A DNA stretch of 64,000 nucleotides from Macrostomum hystrix (taxonomy: Eukaryota > Animalia > Platyhelminthes): NCBI GenBank assembly GCA_950097015.1, contig CATNEN010000001.1, positions 1,302,001-1,366,000 on the forward strand, given 5' to 3'. Position 1 is the first letter of the stretch; every line of letters begins with the position of its first letter. A program made the position numbers and the translations under genes. This document shows, in pieces, positions 1 through 12,441 of the stretch. A model generated the notes under the pieces. The model was not told the DNA's origin, searched no databases, and was given only the letters and a program-made list of their open reading frames with translations.

Positions 1-2520
1 TAATATTTATTTACAAGCCATGCTATCGAAAAATATTTCTTAGCATGCAAATATTTGGTTTAGTTTACTGGTTATTTACTAACAAAAAAGTTAAAATAAT
101 AAGTCTTTTGCCATTATGGTTAGTTAAATTTAATGAAATTATTTCTAAGATTCATCTACATATTAAATATGAAGTTCTTTAATCCTAATATAAAAATACG
201 CCTAGTAGTTACTTTCACTGTAAAGTATAAAAAAGCTATAAATATAAGATTGGAAGTATGTGAAAATTAGGCAACTCTAACCCATTGGACACAGCTGTAG
301 GCCTTGCCTAGTATGTCCACTAGGCCTAACAATTATCAGTATGCCAAGGTAGGCCAACTTCGAATTATTCTTCTCGTTTTCCTTTTTCTCTTGCTGCGTG
401 GACACAATGAATACTTAATTGCTAGCTAGGACTTAGCCTGCTATGATATTATTTAAAAGAATAAAATATTGTTGTAGAAACAATAAAACAATAAAAACGT
501 ATTTATTGACAATATGATCTCGTAAAATACCACACAAAGAGAGAAGTCAGGATTTGCCTCGTTTATGTTTCAGCCTATGCACATGTTGTAAACGGTATGT
601 ATGATTAAATTAGGAAAATATTTATAATGTTGCTAATATTATCTTTTAAATTATCGCCAGTTTCATAAAATACGTCGCTATCAACAAAGTGCCAAAGAGG
701 CTTGACTATAGAGATACAAATCCGAGAATGGGGAATATTATAGTCTGGATTAGGGATAAATCGGAAATGATTAATGTATCGGGCCAGAAAGAAGAAAGAA
801 GCAGAGCTTCTGCTTCAGCCACGAAATTATAAATCTAGCAACTGCAATGACAACTGAAATATCAGCTACAAGCCACGCACTTAGCAACCGACGAGCAGCC
901 CAGCCAATCAAGAAAAGCACGCGCATATTATTCAACTCACGGTAGCATTAGCATATAATGAAAACGCTTCGTTCCTAAATAATTGATCTTTGTTTTATTT
1001 TCGTTTTTAACATAGCATTATACGCGTAACCAATCGTAGTAATCAATCAGCTTCACTAAATTGTGCTTCGTGATAATTATACGAATAAAATGAAATTATT
1101 ATTAATTATTCATAAATTAAGCTTTCTAAATGTTTTTTTTCCGAGAAACGAAGCGTCTTTCTTCTTCTTCTACATGTAGTCGTCCTTGCTCAAAAGCGTT
1201 GATTTTATTCGAGTGCAGTTGCTTGAAAGCAGCACAAGCTACAGTCTAGGGTCATAACCTCGGGATTTTAGCGTTGCGGCAAGCAAGTGCTGGAATAAAT
1301 AGGTAAGAGCTGAGACTGGGTGGGTAAAAAGAAGACTTGCTGGTGTGAGAGGGAGACTGGGTTGGATGAGATTGAAACAGGAAAATAATATTCCGTATAA
1401 TCTCACTTAAATCTGCAGTCAATATCCTGGAAATTTAGTAGTTGAATTAAAAATGAACAATGTTCTGTTTATACTACTGTTCAAATAACATCCGATTAAA
1501 AACATCAGCAGTTAGGTTGGTTTAATCAGTGTTGTAAAACGTGTTTACAAACTAGTTCGTACATTTAGCAAGTGCAATTTCACAGAGAGAATAACAAGGC
1601 ATGTGCGCGCACAATGGCTAAATTTCGTAAATATAAAAATGTAACAGCATAAATCATGAACACATACTTTACATAGAGGCAAAAATACAAGTTTCGATTT
1701 AGTGTTTAAGAGGCATTTTTACAATTAAAGAACTGCAGTTTTTTGGAGAAGTTTTCAGTCACTGGTTGATCTTAAAAACGTATTTAATTTAATAATTTTA
1801 CATAAAAAGTCAAATACCTTCTGCGAGGCAGAGGCAGGTAACTTGATTTGAATTGGATTGCTTCTCGGGCGAATGCATTATTTGAATACATGAAAAACCA
1901 GAAGTTGTTTTTTCTGATAATAATGTAAAATGTTACGCGTGCATCTTGAAATCTCTAATTGCCATGATCTTTAATGCCTACTTAAAGTAGCGCGATATGA
2001 TTTATAATATTTTATATTTCGCCATTATTCACTTACAAATTTTTAATTAGTCTTCAGATATCGCTTGGACTTTGTTAATATTATAAAGATTTTTTCTATT
2101 CAATTAAACAGAACGCGATCTTCTAGGCTTGAAATGTATTTGCCTCAGGATAGGCATATCTGCCCGCACCCGGCGACATTGTGGTCGGGTCGGCAAAAAT
2201 GCGCCATACACCGCGTATTTCCCCCCTCCCCGGGAAATTAAAACGAAGTCCGCCTGGGGAGATGACGCGCTGTTAGATCTCCGCTGTCCTAGTAAATGGA
2301 CAGCTTGCCGGCATATGTTTGTTAAAGGCTTTTATCGTCGGCATTCCAAATCATCTGCATCTGATGCACTCTGTACAGCGGGGCGCAAGATTAAGAAGCA
2401 TGGAGTGCTGCTAGACGGGACTGCGACAGAATCTGGCTTGTCAAGTCGACATTTAATTATCTGCAAATTCAGTTGATCATCATTCTCGACATCAACCTTT
2501 CCTTTCTGTTGACTAGCGTC

Positions 2521-3410
2521 CATTCTAACATGTGAGGGCCTATTGTAACAGGTGAGGGCCTATTTTAACAGGTGAGGATCTATTTTAACAGGTGAGGATC
2601 TATTCTAAAAGGTAAGAATCCATTCTAACAGGTGAGGGCCATTCTAACAGGTGAGGGCCATTCTAACAGGTGAGGGCCATTCTAACAGGTGAGGGCCATT
2701 CTAACATGTGAGGGCCATTCTAACAGGTGAGGGCCATTCTAACAGGTGAGGGCCATTCTAACAGGTGAGGGCCATTCTAACAGGTGAGGGCCATTCTAAC
2801 AGGTGAGGGCCATTCTAACATGTGAGGGCCATTCTAACAGGTGAGGGCCATTCTAACAGGTGAGGGTCATTCTAACAGGTGAGGGCCATTCTAACAGGTG
2901 AGGGCCTATTATAACAGGTGAGGGCCTATTGTAACAGGTGAGGGCCTATTGTAACAGGTGATGGCCTATTGTAACAGGTGAGGGCCTATTGTAACAGGTG
3001 AGGGCATATTGTAACAGGTGAGGGCCTATTGTAACAGGTGATGGCCTATTGTAACAGGTGAGGGCCTATTGTAACAGGTGAGGGCCTATTGTAACAGGTG
3101 AGGGCCTATTGTAACAGGTGAGGGCCTATTGTAACAGGTGAGGGCCTATTATAACAGGTGAGGGCCTATTGTAACAGGTGAGGGCCTATTGTAACAGGTG
3201 AGGGCCTATTGTAACAGGTGAGGGCCTATTGTAACAGGTGAGGGCCTATTATAACAGGTGAGGGCCTATTATAACAGGTGAGGGCCTATTGTAACAGGTG
3301 AGGGCCTATTGTAACAGGTGAGGGCCTATTGTAACAGGTGAGGGCCTATTGTAACAGGTGAGGGCCTATTGTAACAGGTGAGGGCCTATTGTAACAGGTC
3401 AGGGTCTACC
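2521..3410. repeat. Minisatellite, 19/20-bp unit (taacaggtgagggcctattg / ctaacaggtgagggccatt)
   Basis: Directly visible tandem array with two sub-domains. Confidence 0.97.
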
Positions 3411-3975
3411 TGTCTGAACCTAAAAGGTCATGGCTGCTTAATATGCGCAGTTTTCAACCTCTTTTTTCAGCTTTAGCAGCCCTAGAGGGACAAGGCAATC
3501 AAGCATGGGAATAATTTCGCTAGCCATTATTGCTGCACATAAACAAAAGGCTAGCCTGCCCTTTTATGGCCAATTCTAAACAGATTAAAAAACCCGTTGC
3601 TAACTATTTAAAGAAACTTATCCACGAAATTCCCTTTTAGTGGAGATGTGCGTAAAAACGAGAGATATAAAAAATATATGGGACAGACATACAGACAGAC
3701 ACACAGAAATACAGTTCCAGACAATAAGAACTTTAACGAATTAGAAATCCGTGTGCAAAAAAGGGATATTGGTTCCTCGCTGAATGATAAGTTAATCCCG
3801 CGAGTGCAACAGACCGCTAATCAGTTTCACTTTTTTGTTTACAAAATTTTAACTCGATAGCCACTCAAATAATCTACTCAATGACCAGCAAATCTAGGAG
3901 TGGAAGGATGGAAACTAAATTTCTTAGAAAACGTTTAGGAGGCTGATAAAAATATCTTTCTGAATATGAACCACT

Positions 3976-4120
3976 GCCAGCTCCCAGCACACAAGCACAT
4001 AGATACCGTGCATGCACACCCTCACACAGATGCGTACACCTGACCTGACTTTCTCATCGTCAGGCAGTGTAATTTTTCAGTGTACCTTGGAGGTTGGTAC
4101 TATCAACCGCGTGAAACTAT
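3976..4120. mobile_element. Truncated, diverged inverted copy of the 18548-18802 element
   Basis: Colinear similarity over ~140 bp, including cctgactttctcatcgtcaggcagtgta. Confidence 0.65.
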
Positions 4121-4396
4121 CAGAATGCACGCAGAATATTTTCTAACCAAGATGATCAAATTATGGTCCAAAAGACTGGATAAATAAGTTTCATTTCAAA
4201 CATTACCAGAGTTCATATAAAAAGGCGTAATTATATACCAGTAAGAGTGGTTTAAGAGTACGGTTCGTTTTGATTAAAAAATGCTGAACTGAGAAAAACA
4301 AAACAACTATATGGCTATGGAAGAATAGCCATAGATAAGAATAAGTAAAAAAAATATCTATTGGTTTCAGGCCACACACTTGGGAGAAGTTTATCG

Positions 4397-5150
4397 AGAA
4401 GTGACACCCTGTTTACAGAGGTGACACCCTGTTTACAGAAGTGACACCCTGTTACAGAAGTGACACCCTGTTACAGAAGTGACACCCTGTTTACAGAAGT
4501 GACACCCTGTTTACAGAAGTGACACCCTGTTTACAGAAGTGACACCCTGTTTACAGAAGTGACACCCTGTTTACAGAAGTGACACCCTGTTTACAGAAGT
4601 GACACCCTGTTTACAGAAGTGACACCCTGTTACAGAAGTGACACCCTGTTTACAGAAGTGACACCCTGTTTACAGAAGTGACACCCTGTTTACAGAAGTG
4701 ACACCCTGTTACAGAAGTGACACCCTGTTTACAGAAGTGACACCCTGTTTACAGAAGTGACACCCTGTTACAGAAGTGACACCCTGTTTACAGAAGTGAC
4801 ACCCTGTTTACAGAAGTGACACCCTGTTTACAGAAGTGACACCCTGTTTACAGAAGTGACACCCTGTTTACAGAAGTGACACCCTGTTTACAGAAGTGAC
4901 ACCCTGTTTACAGAAGTGACACCCTGTTTACAGAAGTGACACCCTGTTTACAGAAGTGACACCCTGTTTACAGAAGTGACACCCTGTTTACAGAAGTGAC
5001 ACCCTGTTTACAGAAGTGACACCCTGTTTACAGAAGTGACACCCTGTTTACAGAAGTGACACCCTGTTTACAGAAGTGACACCCTGTTTACAGAAGTGAC
5101 ACCCTGTTTACAGAAGTGACACCCTGTTTACAGAAGTGACACCCTGTTAC
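4397..5150. repeat. Minisatellite, 20-bp unit agaagtgacaccctgtttac
   Basis: Near-perfect tandem array downstream of the hedgehog-like gene. Confidence 0.97.
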
Positions 5151-5338
5151 GTTAGTTAGACCCAGTTATGGATAGCAAAATAATAAAGTGCAAGTGTTTG
5201 GTGGTAGGATTTATCACCAAAAAGGCTAAGGAATCACCGAAAGTTAGCTTGCAATATTTTTAAGTAAACAGAGTCAGTAGCAGAACTGTGCTATTGGTGA
5301 TGGGAACATTTATCACTATAAGATTTCAAACAAATCCT

Positions 5339-7636
5339 TTAGTTGGGAAAAATCAGCGAACTAGGCGCTAGGAACTTAGCTAGCGAATGCAGCCAACTGG
5401 AGTAGCGGTGCAAGCCATCCTCGCCGTACCAGGCAGTCGCCATGTCAACGCCGCAGATTAGGCCCTTGCTCGTATTACCCTGACAAATCGAGTCAATCCA
5501 GCGCAGTGGCGCGAACAGGACGTGCGCCAATCGTTGGTACCTGGTGTGGGCGTAGCTGGACACCCAGATACCGTCGACTAGCAGGTGACCGGCTGCTGTG
5601 ATTGGCGCGTAGAGGCCCTGCAGTCTAGCTCTGGTTATTTGCATTATTTTAACCCAGCCACCGCCGTACGGAGCTAGCAGTAGTTGGCCGGGCTGAACCT
5701 TGTCGGCGTACACAGGCTGGGCTGACGGCTCACTGACAGAATCGGAGGTGAAGACCAGGTGATTCGGGGATACATCAAGTTGCTTTCCATTGGCCAGCGT
5801 GATTCGCATGTACACAGCCTGCCTGCTGGCTAGTTTGTGGTGATAACCGATGACTCTGGTGAACTTTTTACCGCCAGTGACATCGTCTATGGTCAGGATT
5901 TCGTCTCCCGGCTTCAAGCTATCGATTGGGACAACTTGAGCAATGTTGCTGGCGTTGTTGCTGTCTATTTTGTTGTCATGGTTACGCTTGACGACCGTGG
6001 CAGCGGCTGGGAAGCAGGCCAGCCAATCAGAGTCTAGCGGGTCGTCTGCGGAAGAGAAGTCGGTGCCCATTGATAAATTCTGCATTGTACTAATGAGACC
6101 GTACGGCTGTTCAGTCCATGGACACACGCACCCTCAATTACCCCCAGCTAATCATGGTACCCATTAAACAGCTGTGTTAACTGAAGCAATGAATAGTTAA
6201 GTGTCTTGCTAAAGTGCACAAACTACACCCCATACTAGGCTACAACTCATAGTAGGCTACAACCCCATACTAGGCTACAACTCATAGTAGGCTACAACCC
6301 CATACTAGGCTACAACTCATACTAGGCTACAACCCCATACTAGGCTACAACCCCATACTAGGCTACAGCCCCATACTAGGCTACAACCCCATACTAGGCT
6401 ACAACCCCATACTAGGCTACAACCCCATACTAGGCTACAACCCCATACTAGGCTACAACCCCATACTAGGCTACAACCCCATACTAGGCTACAACTCATA
6501 GTAGGCTACAACCCCATACTAGGCTACAACTCATACTAGGCTACAACTCATACTAGGCTACAACCCATACTAGGCTACAACTCATACTAGGCTACAACCC
6601 CATACTAGGCTACAACCCCATACTAGGCTACAACCCCTGACTCACAACAGCGCTCTGATTCATGGGAATTCACTCCGCCGGGCACTCACCAGACTTCACT
6701 GAGCAGTGCACGGTGTCGCGCAGGACCTTGCAATAGTCGAAGTAGGCCTGATAGTAGGCTATCTGGGCCAGACGGCCGAGATTGACGTCACGATAGCGTT
6801 GGCCCTGATGCTGCACAGTGACCAGGGACATGTCGACAGCTCGGCCAGAGAAGTGCAAGGGCTCCAGGCCGTGATGGCCGACCTGGCTGTCCCAGAAGGC
6901 ATCCTGCTTGGGCATCCAGGCGTGATGGACTCGGATTCGCACGTGACCATTCCACTGGTTGCGTACTAGGAGGGCCAGCTGCTCCAGCTTCTCTTTGCAT
7001 CGCTGCGGGATGTTTTGATGACAGTCGAACATTGGTGAGAATGCTTGGCGAGTCAATCGCTTTAATTTTCACTTTGGATTAAAGGGGTTCAGCCATTTTG
7101 GATTTTAAGGGGTTGAACCACTTTGGATTTTGAGGGTGAGCCACTTTGGGTTTTAGGGCTTTGAACCGCTTTGCATTTAGGGGCTGAGCCACTTTGGATT
7201 TAGTGGGTCAGCCCCTTTGGATTTTAGGGGTTGAAGCACTTTGAATTTAGGTAATGAGCCGCTTTGGGTTTAGATTTGGACGGGTTTTCCTAGAAACGCC
7301 TAGAATCACAGAATCACAGCAGCTGCAGCAGCAGCAGTTGCTGTAGGGACTCACTCTGGTCATGAAGCGGCTCCTTCGGCCGGAGAACAGCAGCAGATCG
7401 GAGCCGGACCTCAGCAGGTGTCTGGAGTGCCGCACCGGTTCACCCTCCGGCCCGCTGGCCTGAATGGCCAGCTCCGACGTCTTCGGCTGGTATTCGCCGA
7501 ATGCGAACGCGTGGCTGCTCCGCTGACGACTGGAAGACTCGCGACGCTGATAGAGATGCGACTGGCTGAAGCAGGCGGTAGATGGCTGCGCTGCCACCAG
7601 CAGTGCCAGGCTGATGTGTAGCGTTGCTAGCCACAT
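5339..7636 (-). CDS. hh: Divergent hedgehog-family precursor (signal peptide + Hedge domain + Hint/Hog domain + sterol-recognition-like region), ~433 aa, 3 exons
   Basis: Exons 7636-7355, 7002-6690 and 6045-5339, all GT-AG, joining in frame (1302 nt). Signal peptide MWLATLHISLALLVAAQPSTA is followed by Cys. Hedge motifs: MTR|RCKEKL, LHFSGRAVD, HCSVKS. Hint motifs: CFP, LKPGD, SPNHL, GLYAPITAAGHLLVDG. SRR-like: LAHVLFAPLR and GLHRYSSWL. Both intron positions and phases (0 and 1) match canonical hedgehog genes. Orthology to true hh versus an hh-related paralog is unresolved. Confidence 0.9.
6222..6637. repeat. Minisatellite, 18-bp unit taggctacaaccccatac (hh intron 2)
   Basis: Tandem array. 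Confidence 0.96.
7070..7270. repeat. Degenerate ~22-24-bp minisatellite ccactttggattttaggggttgag (hh intron 1)
   Basis: About 8 diverged units. Confidence 0.8.
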
Positions 7637-9194
7637 TGCTTGCTCTTTCTTATACCTGGCTTCAACTATAGTTGGCAATAATTTACTAGTCAGTAAGATT
7701 TGTCGGTCTGGCTCTTTGATTCCCAGAACTAATAAAGCTAATTATTCGCCTGCCTATGCAAGGTTTAGGCTTTGGGAATATGGGAACAACTGTGGGAAAT
7801 TCAAGAGGCAAATTTTCCCCGTTGTATAAATTGTCGGGATGCGGAAAACTATCCCCCCAGCGCACAAAGCTTGCTTATTTAAGTTCAGCTGAGCGACGAA
7901 CTGGGCCGCTCAAAGTGTCTCCTTCAATCTGATTGGTCCGGCTGTTTGTTGGGACATTCGCTCCAGTTTCGGCTTGGCGATGAAGAATATAAAACCAGGT
8001 GGAGGGGGGAGAAATATGCCGGCGCATTGAGTAAATGTTTGATGAACAATGCAGGTAACTACGAGTATTAGGTACGCCCACACGCAAGTTTAGTCTGGCT
8101 GGATTCCTGGCAACTCTAAGCTACCGCCAACACGCGCCCCCTATTCATTTTGCATAGTGGGGCCTGCTTGTTCTGCATACTCGTGTCGATCTTACTGGCC
8201 TCTCGCTGTTCTGGAAAATGTTCAATAATTATTAGCAGCAAAAAATTGCTGTCTCTCTTCTAGAACTGACATTCGGACTCAAGCTCAGCTTTCACTCGAC
8301 GTTGATTGTGCTGCAGTGAAAGTGGTTGTATGGGCATGCGGCCAATCTAATATAACAACAGATAAGTTTAGAGAGACCGACTATGTCTTCGAGTTCTCTC
8401 TTAAACACAAGAATCTTCTCTCTTATGGACAGGGGGACCACAGAGCTGGAACTGCAAATTAAACATGCAGACAAAACCGAATACATCTAGCTCCATATTT
8501 TAATTTGTGCCAAGCGAAGAAAAAATTACTCAATGCCTGATCATGAATTCCTTTTTTGTTGAACCAGATCTAGCCGCGGAAGATTTGCATTGTCTTAGAA
8601 AATAATAAAAATGGGGCTCAGAACTCTAATAAATTACGGGTTCAGGGTTTGGCGTGACTTTCTCTCGACAGAAGTCGTAAATCTTCCGTCAATACTCGCG
8701 AGAGAATTACACTTTTTACGTATTTGAACTTCATTTTTATAGGTTAAATTTCTTGTTTGTAAAGCATAATTAAAAATCCAATTTAAAGATTCGCTTATGA
8801 TGAAGAAGCAGTCTAGCTTGTCTTTGTGGTTGTAAAAAAACAAATTGAGATTTGTCTTCATCTATCCTATGTTCTAATTAGAGTTACAATGAATGTCCAC
8901 ATGAATGGCTTACTCACTCAATCAAGGGGGCTATAGACACACTATAGTTTCCGCTATTGCTTACAGATCCGCCACATCTCCTCACTTTGGTCCGGCGTCA
9001 TAATATCAGGCGGCAATTTTCCGCTTTGAATTTTACCATTTTATTGTTTAGTTTCTCTCATTTAGTGCTTCTGGGTCAATTAGAGCTGTATCCAGATTCT
9101 AGTTTTCTTTTAAATTTTCCTGATGTTGAACTGACTGCTTACTTGAATTTTGTTATAATAACTGCCGCCAGAGTCATAGATTTTGGGAGCCACT

Positions 9195-10193
9195 ACTGAC
9201 CCTGCCAGTCAGGGACATTGCTGACACCACCTGACACCACACTAACCCAGTGACATTGCTGACACCCCAGTTAGTGAAATTGTTGACACCCCAGTCAGTG
9301 ACATTGCTGACACCCCAGCCCAGGGACATTGCTGACACCCCAGTCAGTACCATTACTGACACCCAGTCAGTGTCATTTCTGTGACCCAGTCAGTGAGATT
9401 GCTGACATCCAGTCAGTGACATTACTGACATCCAGTCAGTGACATTGCTGACAAACAGTTAGTGAGATTGCTGATAAAAAGTTTGTGACATTGCTGACAC
9501 CCAGTTAGTGACATTGCTGACACCCCAGTCAGTGACATTGCTGACTCCCCAGTCAGTGACATTGCTGACACCCCAGTCAGTTACATTGCTGACACCCAGT
9601 TAGTGACATTGCTGACTCCCCAGTTAGTGACATTGCTGACACCCCAGTCAGTGACATTGCTGACTCCCCAGTCAGTGACATTGCTGACACCCCAGTCAGT
9701 GACATTGCTGACACCCCAGTCAGTGACATTGCTGACTCCCCAGTCAGTGACATTGCTGACACCCCAGTCAGTTACATTGCTGACACCCAGTTAGTGACAT
9801 TGCTGACTCCCCAGTTAGTGACATTGCTGACACCCCAGTCAGTGACATTGCTGACTCCCCAGTCAGTTACATTGCTGACACCCCAGTCAGTGACATTGCT
9901 GACACCCCAGTCAGTTACATTGCTGACACCCCAGTCAGTTACATTGCTGGCACCCCAGTTAGTGAAATTGCTGACACCCTAGTCAGTGACATTGCTGACA
10001 CCCCAGTCAGTGACATTGCTGACTCCCCAGTTAGTGACATTGCTGACACCCCAGTCAGTGACATTGCTGACTCCCCAGTTAGTGACATTGCTGACTCCCC
10101 AGTCAGTGACATTGCTGACACCCCAGTCAGTGACATTGCTGACACCCCAGTTAGTGACATTGCTGACACCCCAGTCAAATTGCTGACTCCCCA
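9195..10193. repeat. Minisatellite, 24-bp unit cagtcagtgacattgctgacaccc
   Basis: Tandem array with a degenerate left edge. Confidence 0.96.
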
Positions 10194-12441
10194 GTCTGTC
10201 AGTCGCGGATCATTTCTGACACCCGATTTAGCGACTGATCTTGTGGACTTCAGTGCATTTCTCTTAGAATTAAGGATGCAGGCACACAGTCTGAATCTGT
10301 GTCAGTCACAACTGTCATGCGAGTTCTGAACAAATAGACATGAGCTTGTTATGGACTCAACTGAATAATTCACCAAGTTACAATCGGATTGCAATACCAA
10401 ATGTCTTGACTAAGTGAGTATATAAGGGGCTATCTGGTAGCTAGAGTCAGGCATATATGTTGCATGTACGCTGTTCAAATACATGTTAAACTGCTGCTGA
10501 AATATTAGAGAGAATGGAATGCAGCTAATCTTATCAATAGTTCTATTAACTTTGGACTGTTATACTTAATGGCGGCTATCTCACTGAGATTTAGTCTAGA
10601 TTTATTGACTCAGTACATAAGACTCATATCCGTATTAACCATATATGGCAGTTGAGACATTGCTGATGAAGCGAGAGCGGAATTATTATGGTGAAGCAGG
10701 ATGAATGTCCTGAATGATTGACATGTTCTATTGTTAAATCGATGATGTTGTAATGAGATTGAATTGAAGCACATTTCGACTAGCATGGCTCACTGCCACA
10801 CAGGTCTGTTGTTAGTTAAACTTAATTCAGTTCAGTTCTCCGCTCCTTTTTTTGACTCAACACTTCGATTAACTGACAGACGAGTATGACTGATTAGACG
10901 AAAAAATGAGATTTCCTACGATTTTAGCGCGAGAGCAAAAAAATTTCTACTCAATTTGACTGACGTCTGTATTCATCGATTAGCATAAATTGGTGGACTC
11001 CGAGAAAATCTGGTTCAAATCTTCGTATAGTAAATCTCCTGTACAGACCTTTACCTGTCTGTCCAAGCGACAGGTGCCAAGGCCTGTCCTGTAGCAGTTT
11101 GGGTCAATATATTGACTAATGTCTGCAGTTATTGACTGGATCGAAATTATCGACAGAATGGAAATTTGCCTTTAGAGTTTATCATTTTCTTTGTCATTAT
11201 CAGCTCTGCAATGATCAGCTCTGCAATGATCAGCTCTGTCATCATGGTCCTTGTCTGTTATTAGAATGTACAAGTATATCTCGCGCAATATAGATTTGTT
11301 TAAGTCGAGTACAGCATTGATGTACTTTAGCAAAATAACATTGCGGTGTGGATTATATATTTAGTTATCGACTAATTACCATCGCCAGCTCGCAGGGTAG
11401 TCTGAGCAGTTTGAGTTAGTGTTATCGCGTGCTAATTGCAAAAAAAGATATAGAGTTTGAGTAGCAGTTTTTAAGACTTCTCATCGCTACAAATACAAGG
11501 AGACAGTGACTGCTGAGATTTTAGCGCAACCATCCACATAGAATTTAACAGAGAAACCAAAAGCAATTCGCTTTGCTTTTGACACTCACGCAATGCTACT
11601 ATGAGTAGAAACTTACCCTGTGATTATAATGTTGGTAAATTATGAGTATGCCCATTTACTCTTTATTTTTATATTGCCCCTTCGTTTAAATAAAAATGTA
11701 ACTTAAATTACCTCGTCAAAATTTAAATGAATTAAAATTCATGAAAAAATGTAGTAACAACAATGCGATACTACATATAAAAAAGTAATATTTACTGAGT
11801 TTTTATATTTAATTATTACGCAGAATCCAAACACTACGGGTGCGTTTAAAAAAAGGTGATAAACTATTAGCTTTCACTTAATATTAACATGGTAAACAGA
11901 AGAACAAGAATAGGTGATCAAATTTAGTTTTACTTTAATAGTAGTTAATGATTTCTTTGAAAGACTTAAAAATCTACTATATAATAGGATATAATATATA
12001 TCGTGTATTTACTTTTTATAGTCAAAAAATGTTACATGGTATTTGAAAACGAGTGCCATGCGATGTAGAGCAAGAATTATTTTAATTACACAAAAAGTCC
12101 ATCTACAAGTTTAACAATGGACAAAAGGTTAAAAGTTCCGTGTAGTGGAAACAAACAAACTTTCCACGGATTCATAAGCCTCTATAATCTACGATATATA
12201 ACCTAGCGTTAAATCCCACATAGCAACAATCTAAAACACCGTACAACGATAAGAGAAAAAACAAATAGATAAATAACGAATCGGGTTTAATTTCATTGAT
12301 TATATTGTTCTCTCACTAATGTACAAAGATTATTAAACACAATACTTGGCTAGGCTGATAAATCAAGGTGGAATGCGGCAGCAAAACACTGTCTAGCTGT
12401 AAATTTATTCGAAACAAAATAATTGAAATCGAGCCAGCTAT

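Noticed and set aside
6046-6127. ORF-track start for a stand-alone 262-aa Hint protein
   Set aside because: A strong phase-1 acceptor at 6046 joins exon 2 in frame at the conserved hh intron position; the upstream codons are intronic.
8264-11300. Possible exons of an unrecognised gene between hh-like and dynamin (acceptor-like site near 8263, moderately GC-rich stretches)
   Set aside because: Reading frames close quickly and resemble no family I recognise; cannot be supported without RNA data.
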